DNA of 59,991 bases from Pelomyxa schiedti (taxonomy: Eukaryota > Protista > Evosea): positions 1 to 59,991 of the forward strand of contig JAHLWZ010000671.1 of assembly GCA_020536535.1 (NCBI GenBank), given 5' to 3'. Below, piece by piece: positions 1 through 10,530 of the stretch (its first letter is position 1; each line of letters starts with the position of its first letter). Below the pieces are notes generated by a model that made no database searches, had not been told where the DNA came from, and saw only the letters and a program-made list of their open reading frames with translations. The translations under genes and the position numbers were made by a program.

Positions 1-597
1 ATGATAGTGCACAGGTGAGGTATTAGAGAACTCCAATTTCCAGAGGGGATATCTGATAATGCTATACACCGAACTATGCCAGACATGATTGATCTAGAAG
101 AATAAAATTGGGACCCAGAGGGAAAAATGGAAGTGTGAACCTCACAGGTGGTGATGAGCGTGTGAGAATTGGCACAACTGATTCCTTTATCTGATTCCGA
201 CATTCTACAGGAAGTTTTTGCCAAATTTCTGTGTTTAAGTGTTTCCGAAACACGCGCGCTATATTTTTGTTTGTATGTGAGCGTAACAAGGGGGGGAAAA
301 AAAAAAAACAGAAAAGACAAGAAAGAAAATGAACACGCCTGCAGCCAGTGAAATTTCACTGTTATTGGCGATCAATGTACCAAGTACCTGGAAGAATTCC
401 GGGCAAGTGCTTGCCTACATAATCTTATTAATAGTACTTTCAGGCGTAAACCAAACCCCAGGCCACCACAGCTCACAAACAACGTAACGGCACGGGTCCT
501 CTACCACTTCCTGCAACGCTAATTCAGCTCTATGTCTGGTTTCTGAGGTGCTCCCTGATGAGGCCAAAACACTCAACAGTGCCGGTATCTGCTCCAT
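1..597 (-). CDS. Importin-beta/karyopherin family protein, N-terminal IBN_N/HEAT region (3' part runs off the left edge)
   Basis: Spliced reading MEQIPALL..SETRHRAELALQEV / PEFFQVLGTLIANN / RVFRKHLNTEIWQKLPVECRNQIKESVVPIL / IVRCIALSDIPSGNWSSLIPHL matches the karyopherin N-terminal pattern (R..AE..L; W..L..E.+..IK; IA..D.P..W..L.P.L). Subfamily not assignable. Confidence 0.6.
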
Positions 598-721
598 TCG
601 TATCGACCCAATCACAATAATGTTTATTATTGGACGATCAAAATTTATCGCTCACCAACAACAAAGAAGATTCACGTCGTTTCAAACGACATCGTTTCTT
701 TGTCGGTTGGGTAAGGGGCCC

Positions 722-1453
722 TTAGATATCATCGTCATGCCAGGGGTTTTTAAGCTCCTCTTGATATTCACATAGTTGTTTGGTGAACCCGGCATTGGGA
801 TATACCTGCTTTTGGTAAGGGGGGAACAGAGTAAATTGGCATATAAACTCACAATAGGTCTGATAGCAGTGACCTGAGCCAAGGCTGTTTCAAAGGGGAT
901 CCTACTTTTCCACATGATGTATGCAATCACAATAGTACTTGATCGGCTTATTCCCGCTCCACTAGAGATTCCACACAATGGGTTTGTGGACGCAAAAAAA
1001 GAGCCAAAAAAACGTAACAAAAAGGAAAAAAAAAAAAAGTAGAGACAACCAAAACCTCCTCCTATAGCTCACCAGTGAACAAGTACACATCCCTCTCGCA
1101 GTCCATTATCAATAAACTTTGTAGCCATAAGTTATTCCCAGTTAGATTTATGCTATTCCTTGCCACAGCTCCCACACCAACAAAGTCAAATCTCGCAGTG
1201 TACTCACCTTGATGCACTCGTGAAAGTGCTTCTTGAGGTCCTCAGTGTCCCAGTCCAGCACAGCGACGATTTTGTGCACAATCCCCCGCTCCCTCATCGG
1301 ATCTATTAGCATCTGTGCGCCCTCCATCACAGACAACACGTGTGTGACTCCCTTTGACCGCAACAGATCCCAGTCGGACGCCGCGCTGTAGCCTCCCAAG
1401 AACAACCCCCGCACCACCTCCTGCATTTTCCAACTGTTGTCCTGCTGCGCCAT
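722..1453 (-). CDS. Atypical dual-specificity protein phosphatase
   Basis: LFLGGYSAA..LLRSKGVTHVLSV in exon 1. Splicing at ~1074/965 rebuilds the catalytic motif VLVHCGAGISRSSTIVIAYIM. It is followed by RPIV..PNAGF..QL and TAA at 722-724. Confidence 0.9.
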
Positions 1454-1966
1454 TCGATATTAACGTCCACCGGGCAGTTTTGTTTCAGCTAACCGCGGCG
1501 AAGCTCAAGAACCCTCAGTGGTTTTGGTTCCAAGCTACACAGGGAGAGGAGCTCCCCGAAGGCTAAGCCAAGAACCACCCAGTTTCCTTCAAGACTGTTG
1601 CAATCTGCTGGCTTAAAAAACTTCTCGTCCAAGAACGGTTGGTTACTGTTATTTTACATGTGAGCTCTCAAAGTTCTGAACAAAAATCTTCTTTTTTGCC
1701 CTTCTCCACAATGTTGCACTTCCTGCTTCTCTAACTCGACCGGTAGCAGGCCACTTGCTTCCCTCAACTTACCTTTTTCTTCAACTGAACCTCAGTCACC
1801 TGCACTCTCAGTATTATAATACTCAAGTTCACCATCATTCTGGCTGCCCAAAACCAGGAAGTTTACCCTCAGCACTGAAGGATACAGTGCACACCAGTAA
1901 TGTGTTTGCAGTGTTGGGAGTCAGAGATATTTATGAGAAATCTTTTAGTTGCTTCTAGTTACATGG

Positions 1967-2519
1967 CTAGGAGGAGGAAACGGATGTTGTTGCTGATGCA
2001 GTTGGCGGGGTTGTTGTAGAGGTAGATGATGATGAAGTGGTGTGGGGGGTGCAGGATGATGGCGTGCATTTATGACCACAACCAGCAGGGCACCGTGATG
2101 TCTTTGAAAACCACTCTGACAAGTGCTTGAGGTGGCCACCATGGCCGCAGCCTTGGCACCACAAGAATGCATTCCTTACCGGCTGATGGCTTTTTTATTG
2201 GATTAGTTCTAGAGGCCAAGGGGATTATGGGATTGGGGGGGGTGGGGATTTTGATACCAAATTGAGCATAGGTCTCGTGACAGTTTGCATTCTGAGCACC
2301 ATCCCCGTTTTGTGTGCCTTTTGCAGCTTGGGCATGCACTCGGTATGGTTTGCTGTTGTTTTGTTTCCAGTTTATTTTTTGAGTTGCGGGGAGAAGAGTC
2401 TACCTGGTTGGAATATGCAACTGCAGTTCCGTACCTCAAATGTGGGGCACATATTGTGGGAGAACAGTTGTGAATCACTTCATTTGCTTCCAAGATTAAC
2501 TGATGGCGGCGCAGCAACT
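1967..2519 (-). CDS. WDR24: Second (paralogous) copy of the WDR24 last two exons, C-terminal zinc-ribbon/RING region; 5' part lost in the N gap
   Basis: CPSCK...CSECKLSRDLCSIC / WCQGCGHGGHLKHLSEWFSKTSRCPAGCGHKC. Near-identical, with substitutions and small indels, to 49508-50054, including the intervening intron. Confidence 0.8.
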
Positions 2520-2619
2520 NNNNNNNNNNNNNNNNNNNNNNNNNNNNNNNNNNNNNNNNNNNNNNNNNNNNNNNNNNNNNNNNNNNNNNNNNNNNNNNNN
2601 NNNNNNNNNNNNNNNNNNN
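2520..2619. other. Scaffold gap (100 N placeholder)
   Basis: Run of exactly 100 N. Confidence 1.
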
Positions 2620-2854
2620 AACGAGGGGAGGGAGGGTGAACACTTCCCAGGGCTCTGGGGTATTCCCAGCTATTCCCAACTACACTCACAAAAAAAGACT
2701 CCAAGCAGACCATAAGTCTATGATAGCGTACGTTCTTATGTAATTGTCAAACAATGGGATGTTTCCCGTCACTACTTTTTCCCTCAACGAAATTGCTTCA
2801 CATGGTGATCACCTATGTCTTTTTTTTTTAATCCTAACACTCATCAGAGGATAT

Positions 2855-2973
2855 TGCCTTGATTTCTGTTGCTTTTTGCGTTGCTCGAATTCGGTGTCTG
2901 CCTCGATTTTCGTCACCTTTTGTGTTGCCCAAATTCAGTGTCTGCCTTGATTTTTGTTGCCTGCTGTGTTGCT
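2855..2973. repeat. 44-bp minisatellite array 1 (~2.7 units)
   Basis: Units such as tgccttgatttctgttgctttttgcgttgctcgaattcggtgtc. The whole 119 bp is identical except for one base to 3760-3878. Confidence 0.9.
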
Positions 2974-3131
2974 CAACAACAAAAGCTTGCTTGTTGGTTG
3001 TGGTGATGTGTGTGGTGGGGGCTCACCACTAATAATAGCCAACGATCAATAAATAGAGAGAGAGATCTGTTGGGCAATTATTATTTTTCCTTTCCTTTTT
3101 TTGAGGAAAAAAAAAAAAAAAACAAAAACTT

Positions 3132-3221
3132 GGATGAGCTCCGCCAGAGTTGAGCCCGGAACTTACTGGGGAGAGAGACCCCGAAGCTCTGGCTCTAAAC
3201 CACTGAGCTACTTACTCATCC
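3132..3221 (-). pseudogene. tRNA-like element 1 (degenerate tRNA or tRNA-derived SINE head)
   Basis: Minus strand GTAGCTCAGTGGTTTAGAGC (A box, perfect GCTC/GAGC D-stem) ... GGGCTCAACTC (degenerate B box) ... GGCGGAGCTCATCC, followed by a T-rich run. T-stem pairing is poor. Confidence 0.5.
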
Positions 3222-3497
3222 AACGAGAGAAGACGCAGGGCAGGGTATCCCATGCACTCAGTGATTAGGCTATTATTATGACACGACCACTCTCCTCACA
3301 ACAGAGAGACAGAGACCAAACCACTCTCAGAGCTCAGAGTACTACGTCGTCGTCATGTGTGCTTGCTTTTTTTGAACAACACCGTGGGCTGCTGCTTGCT
3401 TTGTTTGGCTTTGCTTGCTTGTTGGTTGTGGTGATGGTGTGGTGGGGGCTCTGTTGAGCAATTATTAAAAAAAAAAAAAAAAAAAGGCAAAGAGGAG

Positions 3498-3585
3498 GGA
3501 TGAGCTCTGCCAGGATTGAACCTACGACTTTCTAGGCGCTGGGTCCATCAGAGTTGGTGGCTCTAAACAGCTACGCCACAGTGCC
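3498..3585 (-). pseudogene. tRNA-like element 2 (degenerate tRNA or tRNA-derived SINE head)
   Basis: Minus strand GGCACTGTGGCGTAGCTGTTTAGAGC ... GTAGGTTCAATCC (canonical B box) TGGCAGAGCTCATCC, followed by a ~19-T run (Pol III terminator-like). Acceptor stem 6/7 paired; no clean anticodon arm. Confidence 0.55.
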
Positions 3586-3699
3586 TTGGCAATGTTGTCC
3601 CTTGTGCCTTCTTTTCAACTTTCATGTCTGTCTGTGCCTTCACTACATCCGTTTCTGTTGTCTTGCCTTCCTCCTTGGTGCTGTTGTGTTGCTGCCATC

Positions 3700-3878
3700 G
3701 CTCGAATTCGGTGTCTGCCTCGAATTCCGTTGCCTTCTGTGTTGCTCGAGTTCGATGTCTGCCTTGATTTCTGTTGCTTTTTGCGTTGCTCGAATTCGGT
3801 GTCTGCCTCGATTTTCATCACCTTTTGTGTTGCCCAAATTCAGTGTCTGCCTTGATTTTTGTTGCCTGCTGTGTTGCT
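3700..3878. repeat. 44-bp minisatellite array 2 (~4 units)
   Basis: Minus-strand units aaatcaaggcagacactgaatttgggcaacacaaaaggtgacga / aaatcgaggcagacaccgaattcgagcaacgcaaaaagcaacag / aaatcaaggcagacatcgaactcgagcaacacagaaggcaacgg, each 44 nt. Confidence 0.9.
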
Positions 3879-3953
3879 AAAACTGTATGCCTTGAGTGAT
3901 GTACATGTAACAAAAACTGCAAGAAAAATCTTGTTTGTGGAGTTTGTTGGTTT

Positions 3954-4295
3954 TGAAGCCAAATAAAGGTCAAGAGTCATGTGTAGTTGTTTTGAATGCC
4001 AAATTAGGTCTTATTTCAGTGCAACACCATGTTCTTTGAAACCCCTTTGGGCTCTTTGGCACAACTGGGGGTATNNNNNNNNNNNNNNNNNNNNNNNNNN
4101 NNNNNNNNNNNNNNNNNNNNNNNNNNNNNNNNNNNNNNNNNNNNNNNNNNNNNNNNNNNNNNNNNNNNNNNNNNTGAAGCCAAATAAAGGTCAAGAGTCA
4201 TGTGTAGTTGTTTTGAATGCCAAATTAGGTCTTATTTCAGTGCAACACCATGTTCTTTGAAACCCCTTTGGGCTCTTTGGCACAACTGGGGGTAT
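3954..4295. other. Scaffold gap (4075-4174, 100 N) flanked by a duplicated ~120-bp overlap
   Basis: 3954-4074 is repeated at 4175-4295 with only a 1-nt difference in an A run, typical of an unmerged contig overlap. Confidence 0.9.
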
Positions 4296-4299
4296 CGGA

Positions 4300-5053
4300 A
4301 TGGTTTTTCCTTTTCCAAAACCAAATCTCACAGCATTATGGGTTGGGTACGAAAATTTTGCCAACAGGAGTAACTTTCCAGTATCATTGGGACTATGTGA
4401 CACCCTTTACACAACATTGTTGTTGCATTTTTGTTTTGGAATTATTGTTGCACAGAAGGCACAAAGTGGACATTTATGGCAAGGGGTATGCTTCTTGCAA
4501 CAGGATTTGTACAAAAATGAGAATGTGAGAATCACATACAACATATTACAATGCAAAACACCAGCAGAATATCCGTTGCAACCTATATTTTGAGTTAGAA
4601 GAAAGTTATGAGAAACAGTTATGTAATTGCACATACCTGACAAATATGGCAGTCTATCAGTGCTGCAAGGCAACACTGTTAAATCAACTGAGAGTTGCAA
4701 CTGTATCACTGTCAACGCCAAGGCAATGACATCTAATGGCCCCAAGGCTAATGATAAAACAGGAGAGAAGACCATGTCAATACTGGCAAGAAAAAAAAGA
4801 ATAAGGAGAAAGGGTGTGACATTGGAGGAATTCCGCGACTGGTTGCAGAAGACACGAGAGGTGCAAACGAGGCACACACGCCAAATGACAAGAAAGCACC
4901 TGGATCGGCGTACTGGTCAGCCTACTCTTGGATCCAATGTGTGCTGTAGCAGGAACCCAAATGAGTAAGCCGAAACAGGCCGCAGGTATCGACAAAAGTG
5001 AGTGGAAAGAACAGTCACTCAGGGTCTCTTTCGACATACACCACACAACGTGA
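4300..5053 (+). CDS. Hypothetical protein (start uncertain)
   Basis: ORF 4627-4968 (..RKKRIRRKGVTLEEFRDWLQKTRE..) splices in frame through a 34-nt GT-AG intron to a last exon ending ..RVSFDIHHTT-TGA at 5053. No recognisable domain. Confidence 0.3.
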
Positions 5054-5281
5054 GAACTCTACTATGATCACATCAGCCACCGACTTGCACACGTTGGGCA
5101 GTGTGGCTTCGGCACCCTAGCTCTTGTTTTTTACCGTGTTCGTCAACCATCGAGTTTGTATCACAAAATAAACCAGACTGGGGTATGATTGGCCTTGCTT
5201 CGCTGCGGCTCCTTTGGTTGTTTTCCGGAGATTTATTGATGAAAGAGACACCGGTTTCTTCGACGAAGGAATGAGCGAGAG

Positions 5282-8200
5282 TCAGACTGTTGCAATGTTG
5301 GCCGTTAGGGCCTCAGGAGTTGGCAATTTTTGAATAGAACGCACTGTTTTTTAGGGATTACAAACACATGGTGCGGGAATCGAGCAAAGTGTTGTTCCAA
5401 GGAACTGTGACAGAAACTGTGGGGTGGCTGAAAAGAGAAGTGACATGGCCTGTGTATTGGATGAAGTCCACTGAACTTGTATTGCAACATCTTTTGCAGT
5501 TGATGAGGGAATTGATGAAGAGGTGGAGACTGATGAACTTTGTTGTGTTGGTGGGAACTTTGTGGTGATGGTTAGCCCAACGAAGTCATCAAAAATAGTC
5601 ACTCCACTGTAGCCAAGCTATTTGAAAAAAAAGTCAGAATAAAGGAACTTTTCACTGCCAACCTTGAAAGATGCAGGGCCAGTCAGGTTCAATGAGTTGT
5701 GAAGAGGAATTTGGGTGAGTGTCTGTTGCAGGACTGTGGGGGTGCAATTCAACACAGAGAAGTGCTGGACACGAGAAGAAGGAAACCTAGGTAGGAGAGA
5801 AGTCAATTAATAGGCAAGTTCAACAAGGGAAGATACTGTGAACAAAAGTTGAGGTACTCTCGAGGAAGAATGTTGACTGGAAGCAACAAAGAGGCAAAAT
5901 CGATAAGAAGAGGTGTCAGAGACACCGCAGGGTTGTTGGGAGAGTTTTCCAACTCTTCATCTTGTCTATAGCAAAATCTCAGTTTTTAGCAAACCAGTTG
6001 TATTAACCTGTGGGTAACAGGGAATGTGACTTTGATCTCAATTGATGTAATCGCGAAGGAAAGCATTCGGAGGGAGAAGGAATAACAGGTACTGCAATGC
6101 GGCATAAGACAAGGTAATGCCACTGATATCTGTGAATCAGTGAAGAATAAGATTGTTCAAGTGCAGAGAAGAAGGATAAGCACGCTTTCGTTGACTGGAA
6201 GTTGCTCTAGATTGTGGTACTTTGGTGGCAGGTATGGGATACAATGTGGTGGAGTAAATATGGACAATTCAGCCCCTTCGACCGGGAAGAGTTGTTGATT
6301 CGTTACAGTAAGGTAAATTGACTGTAAATGAATGGGAATTGAAAAGTGACATGAGTACTGTGTCAGATATGTACCAGGCGCCTGAGATTTATGTTTGTCA
6401 AAACTTTTGCTTGTATTTGGAGTATATCCCCGAATCCAGACAGTAACACAGGCTGCCAAAATTGTAAGACCCTACTTGCAAAAATCACCAAATACCTCTT
6501 GTTGGTCAAGTCTTTGTTGGTCCAAGAGAAATTGTGCTTTTTTGGAAATATCATTGGAGACAAGTTTCACAGTTGATAAATAAATAGAGTCATCTTGTAT
6601 ACAGAAATCAATTGAGACAGTTGAACGAATAAAGGTGTTGTGGGAAAACATACCACCAAAATTGCAGTGTGAGAACACTGGAGAATCGAAGGCTGAGCGC
6701 CCTGTAAATGACCCGTTCTTCCCCTGCATTCTTTGGAACTTCAGCCAAAGGAAAAAAAAGAAAATGAATAGCGGCTGTGGCCTACTGAAGAATCTGAGAC
6801 TTCAAGGTTGTGCACCTGAAAGATCATGAACAAAACCAAAGTTTTCAAGCAAAATTTTCGCACCTTTCAACAGTGGATGCCTCCCCACAAAGAGACACTG
6901 CTTTGTCAAGAACAGACGTAACAGCAGGCCGAATTGAGGCAAAACGGCAGGCTAGAACCTGCAAACAGAACAGGCCAACTTCCAGGCATAATAGTGGTTC
7001 AGGTTGCGGTGCCACTGTTGCCTCAGGCGCAGCTGCTGTTTCCGATATGCCAAGCTGTGATTCCACTTGAAGCAGAGGAGACATTGTTTCCTCTGACTGT
7101 GAAGAGTTGTTGTGACACAGAGAATAATGAAATCTAAGAACACACGGGAGAATCACCCTGAGGGGGAAGCCCAACAAGCAAGGACACTTTTTCAAGCAGA
7201 GATTGGACCCAGAATCTATTCTCTTTTGTGGATCAATGAGATAAAGAAGCAACAGGGGGAAAAAAAATTACCTGCTTCTATGTCAGTGTCATCAATAAAT
7301 TTACAAATAATACAGAGCAGATGAAAGCTTGTGTATGAATTTATTTGTTTCTGGGTGAAGAAATGGGCAACAAAATTCTAAAAACGACTCACTTAGCTTC
7401 ATTTTTGGCAATGGGCAGGGGAAAAGGCATACATGTATGATTGGATCAGCACCATGTGGTGACTTAGAGCAGATGTCACAGAAAATTTTATCAATAACTT
7501 GAAAATAGGCCTCCATTATGTGTGAATGTTTCTTGTATTCCCATGAGAGGCATGACGCTGTGACAGTGGCAAACCAGTGAGGTGCTGTGGAGCGAGAGTA
7601 AAGAACACTTTTTTTCACTTATTGAAATAAAAAGGAAGGAAATATTTGTACGGGGGTTGAGGCGCTCAACTGTTTTTGTAAGACACAGAAGGAATTCAAA
7701 TTTTCTACTTGGCACATCAGTCTGTTGTCCTTTCTTCTTCTCACTGCTTTGACTATTTGTGGAGAGTTATTCAGAGGCTCGATCTTGTTTAACATACGCA
7801 GACATAATGGACAATATGGATGGATCAGAAAACAACTGTGTGAAGAGTTCGAGGTGATTAATGCATGAGTGAACTTCAATGACTTGCGCGAAAAGTTGCA
7901 GTAGCATCTTCACCCGCCACAGACCTTGTTGGTAGGGACATTGTATTGTGGTCATCAAAAAGTGATTTAAAAACAAGGAGTGCCCGTACTGCTATCAAAC
8001 CGGAGTATTTCTGTCAGCAATCTCACAACAAGCGGTACAAGGTGTACTTGTGGAACATCCACAAGGCATCGGATCAAGATCTAGGAACACTCTGAATAAA
8101 GAAGCCACACATTACCAAAAGGAGATGCAAACCTCGGTTGTCCTTTTGACTAGAGTTGGTACAGTGAGAGGCTCCAGCATGGCCTGAAAAAATGACTCAC

Positions 8201-10312
8201 TATGAACTTAAACAAAAGGATTCATGGAGGTGTGTTCGAGAAAGTACCTGGAGTGCTATGGTTAACCAACGTTGTTTATGCAAAGGGCAAAGCTTGGCGA
8301 GGGGAAACAGGTTGTTGCAGGCGTAAAACACAAGCACTGGGACTCCACTCTGAACCCACCCCATGTAATGCTCGGCAATGATATCTTCAATCTTTTCTCC
8401 TAGACGCGAAAAAGAGCTTTAGGGCAAAAACAAAGTGGGGAAAGAGTACGATCAAGAGGTGGGGTAGTGCCATTAAAAATGGATTCATTGCACTCCTCAA
8501 GTAACTGGAACAGAAGGTTAGTTTCATGCATTTTTTTCCCCTCCTTACCAACAACCTTTTCAAGAATGTATGTGAGACAATAAAGTTGTAGGTGCAGCTC
8601 GGAAACGGGTGATTTCAAGACACTTGCAAGAACGTTCGTGACATATGGTTTGAGGGACGAATAGACAAATGCTGCAACAGGTTTTAAACAGTCCTTAAGA
8701 GGTAACCTAGTTCAATACTAAGGCATAAAAAATTTAGAGGTAAATACAGGAGGAATACATTGCATCTATAACACCTTCCTCTGAGGGATAAAATCCAGTG
8801 GATTCTGAAAAGAGGCGGGAGACCTGATTTGGGGGGAAAAGTGAATAAAGAAAATTGTGTAATGCATGAAAGAGCAAACACAAACCAACTGGAGCGCCAA
8901 TCTTAAAGATGCATCATTTACTGGCTGCACAACCTGGTTGATGACGTAGCTCCAATTTTCGTGCAGTGTCAAGTTGCACTGATGAGAGTAAAAAGCGGTT
9001 TTTTGCCAAAAGAAGGAATAAAAATAAAAGTGAAGGGAAAGATGAAAGGGCCAAGTACATAGAAAAATGACTCAGCAAAGATGATTCTACTGAGGGTGGT
9101 CAATGCCAGGATATGTAACTCAGGGGGGTCACTTTGGTGTCCAATGTGCATTTCTTTCACCTCACATTCCTAAAAAAAAATGTGACTACATGTACAATAA
9201 CTTGGGAAAAAATAATTCACACCACCAGTAATTGCAGTGGTAATTTCTGTAAAAAAAGAAGGGCAAAGCGTCTGAGATCAGGAAAATCTCCATTCAAATC
9301 ATGAACAAGTATGGGAACTAAAAGCTTCCTGTTTAAGGTAAGGGAGGGAGACCGTCATTAAATCTTACCAACAGTGGAATGGAAGTGATTTACAAGCACT
9401 GAGTACAGTGTATGCAGATTTTTTTACATCTAAAGTACAATCTTCTCTCATGCACCTCTTAACACTTTGGTTAGGAGGAAAAAAAATCGATATCAAACGA
9501 AAATACCGTTGTAACGGGCACACAATGAAGAGACACATCTTTTCCCACATTTTGAAGATTAATAAGGGTTGTCAAATACTGAGTCTTTTATCATCCAACA
9601 AGTTCCAAATGAGTACAAAGGAAAGTGTGAACATAATATAATGCACCTGTTTTGTAGTGAAGTCAACAACAGAAAGCTCACTTGAGGCTGAACTGGCAGC
9701 ATTGCCTCCCACAATTGCGGTTGGTTCGGCGGACTGTGGCGCCAAAGGAACCTCAGAAGCCGCCGACGAAGACGAAGTGCTGGAGCCACACCCCGAGCCC
9801 ACGGACGTGGCGCTGGCCGACGACGTAGTGGGCCCGACCACGGAGGACACCGCGGTGCCTCCCGAGGTCGCGGGGCCGGCCGCGGGCGTGCTCGCGCTGG
9901 AGATGCTGGTGGGCCCGGAGATGGAGACGGGGATGGGGAGGTGCGAGGACGAGGACGAGGAGGAGTGGGAGTGGCGGCGGGCGTCCGAGGCGAGGGACGA
10001 CGACGAGGAGGACGAAGCGGGGCCCAGGAGGAGGGCGCCGCCGCTGGTGGAGGCGGAGATCGGGGCGAGGGCCGAAGGGGGCAGGGGCAGCGGCGGGGGG
10101 ACCACGGAGTGCTGCTGCATCAGGAGCTGCACCAGCTGCTGCTGCGAGGCGGACGACGAGGAGCCCTTGCTGAGGGGCATCACGACGACGGAGCCCACAG
10201 CCGCGGCGGAAGCGAGCGAGGCGGAAGACGACGAGGGCGTAGCGGCGGAGGCCTTGGTTCCACCGCCGCCTGCCGCCTCCCCAATCGACACCTGGTGAAC
10301 TTCCGCCTGCAT
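5282..10312 (-). CDS. TPLATE: Beta-adaptin-family large subunit, best resembling TPLATE (TSET complex), with ~220-aa Ser/Ala-rich N-terminal extension
   Basis: Spliced exons 2-5 read YLTTLINLQNVGKDVSLHC..CMREDCTLDVKKSAYTVL..HCWKLLVPILVHDLNGDFPDLRRFAL..ELHILALTTLSRII..ENWSYVINQV. This carries the Adaptin_N beta-type G(K/R)D(V/I)S, KKxxY and DL..P motifs plus Trp positions recalled from TPLATE. Many further helical exons continue down to ~5282. The 3' end is approximate. Confidence 0.6.
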
Positions 10313-10530
10313 TTTTCGTTTTTGAGGTACCGATTCAATCGCCCCTGTTCTGAGCACCCTCTCAGTCTTGGATCTACCTCCCTTCTTTTCCAGAAAACAG
10401 TGAGTTCAGGAAGGTGATAGCATTTATTGACACCTGTCATCGCTTCGTCACAGTACAGGCTTTTTCTTCTACTCAGAACCACAAAAATGGGCCCATTCCG
10501 TGAACCAATCGACACAATTAATTTCGATTG

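Noticed and set aside
2855-3878. 44-bp repeats as a CRISPR array or a coding repeat
   Set aside because: Units are directly adjacent with no unique spacers, the context is eukaryotic and no cas genes are present. 44 is not a multiple of 3, so the short ORFs over it are incidental.
3954-4295. 120-bp direct repeat as LTR or transposon ends
   Set aside because: The copies sit exactly on either side of a 100-N gap and differ only in one homopolymer length, which indicates an unmerged contig overlap.
4300-9600. Decayed transposon/viral insertion or stop-codon reassignment (long frames broken by single stops)
   Set aside because: The stops fall inside short GT-AG introns of the TPLATE-like gene. 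Genes elsewhere end normally in TAA, TAG and TGA.
9657-10417. Long plus-strand ORFs (9657-10298, 9941-10417), and similar ORFs at 31371-31903, 32036-32760 and 53475-54171
   Set aside because: These are shadow ORFs that arise because GC-rich islands lack stop codons. The spliced, domain-bearing frame is on the other strand or frame.
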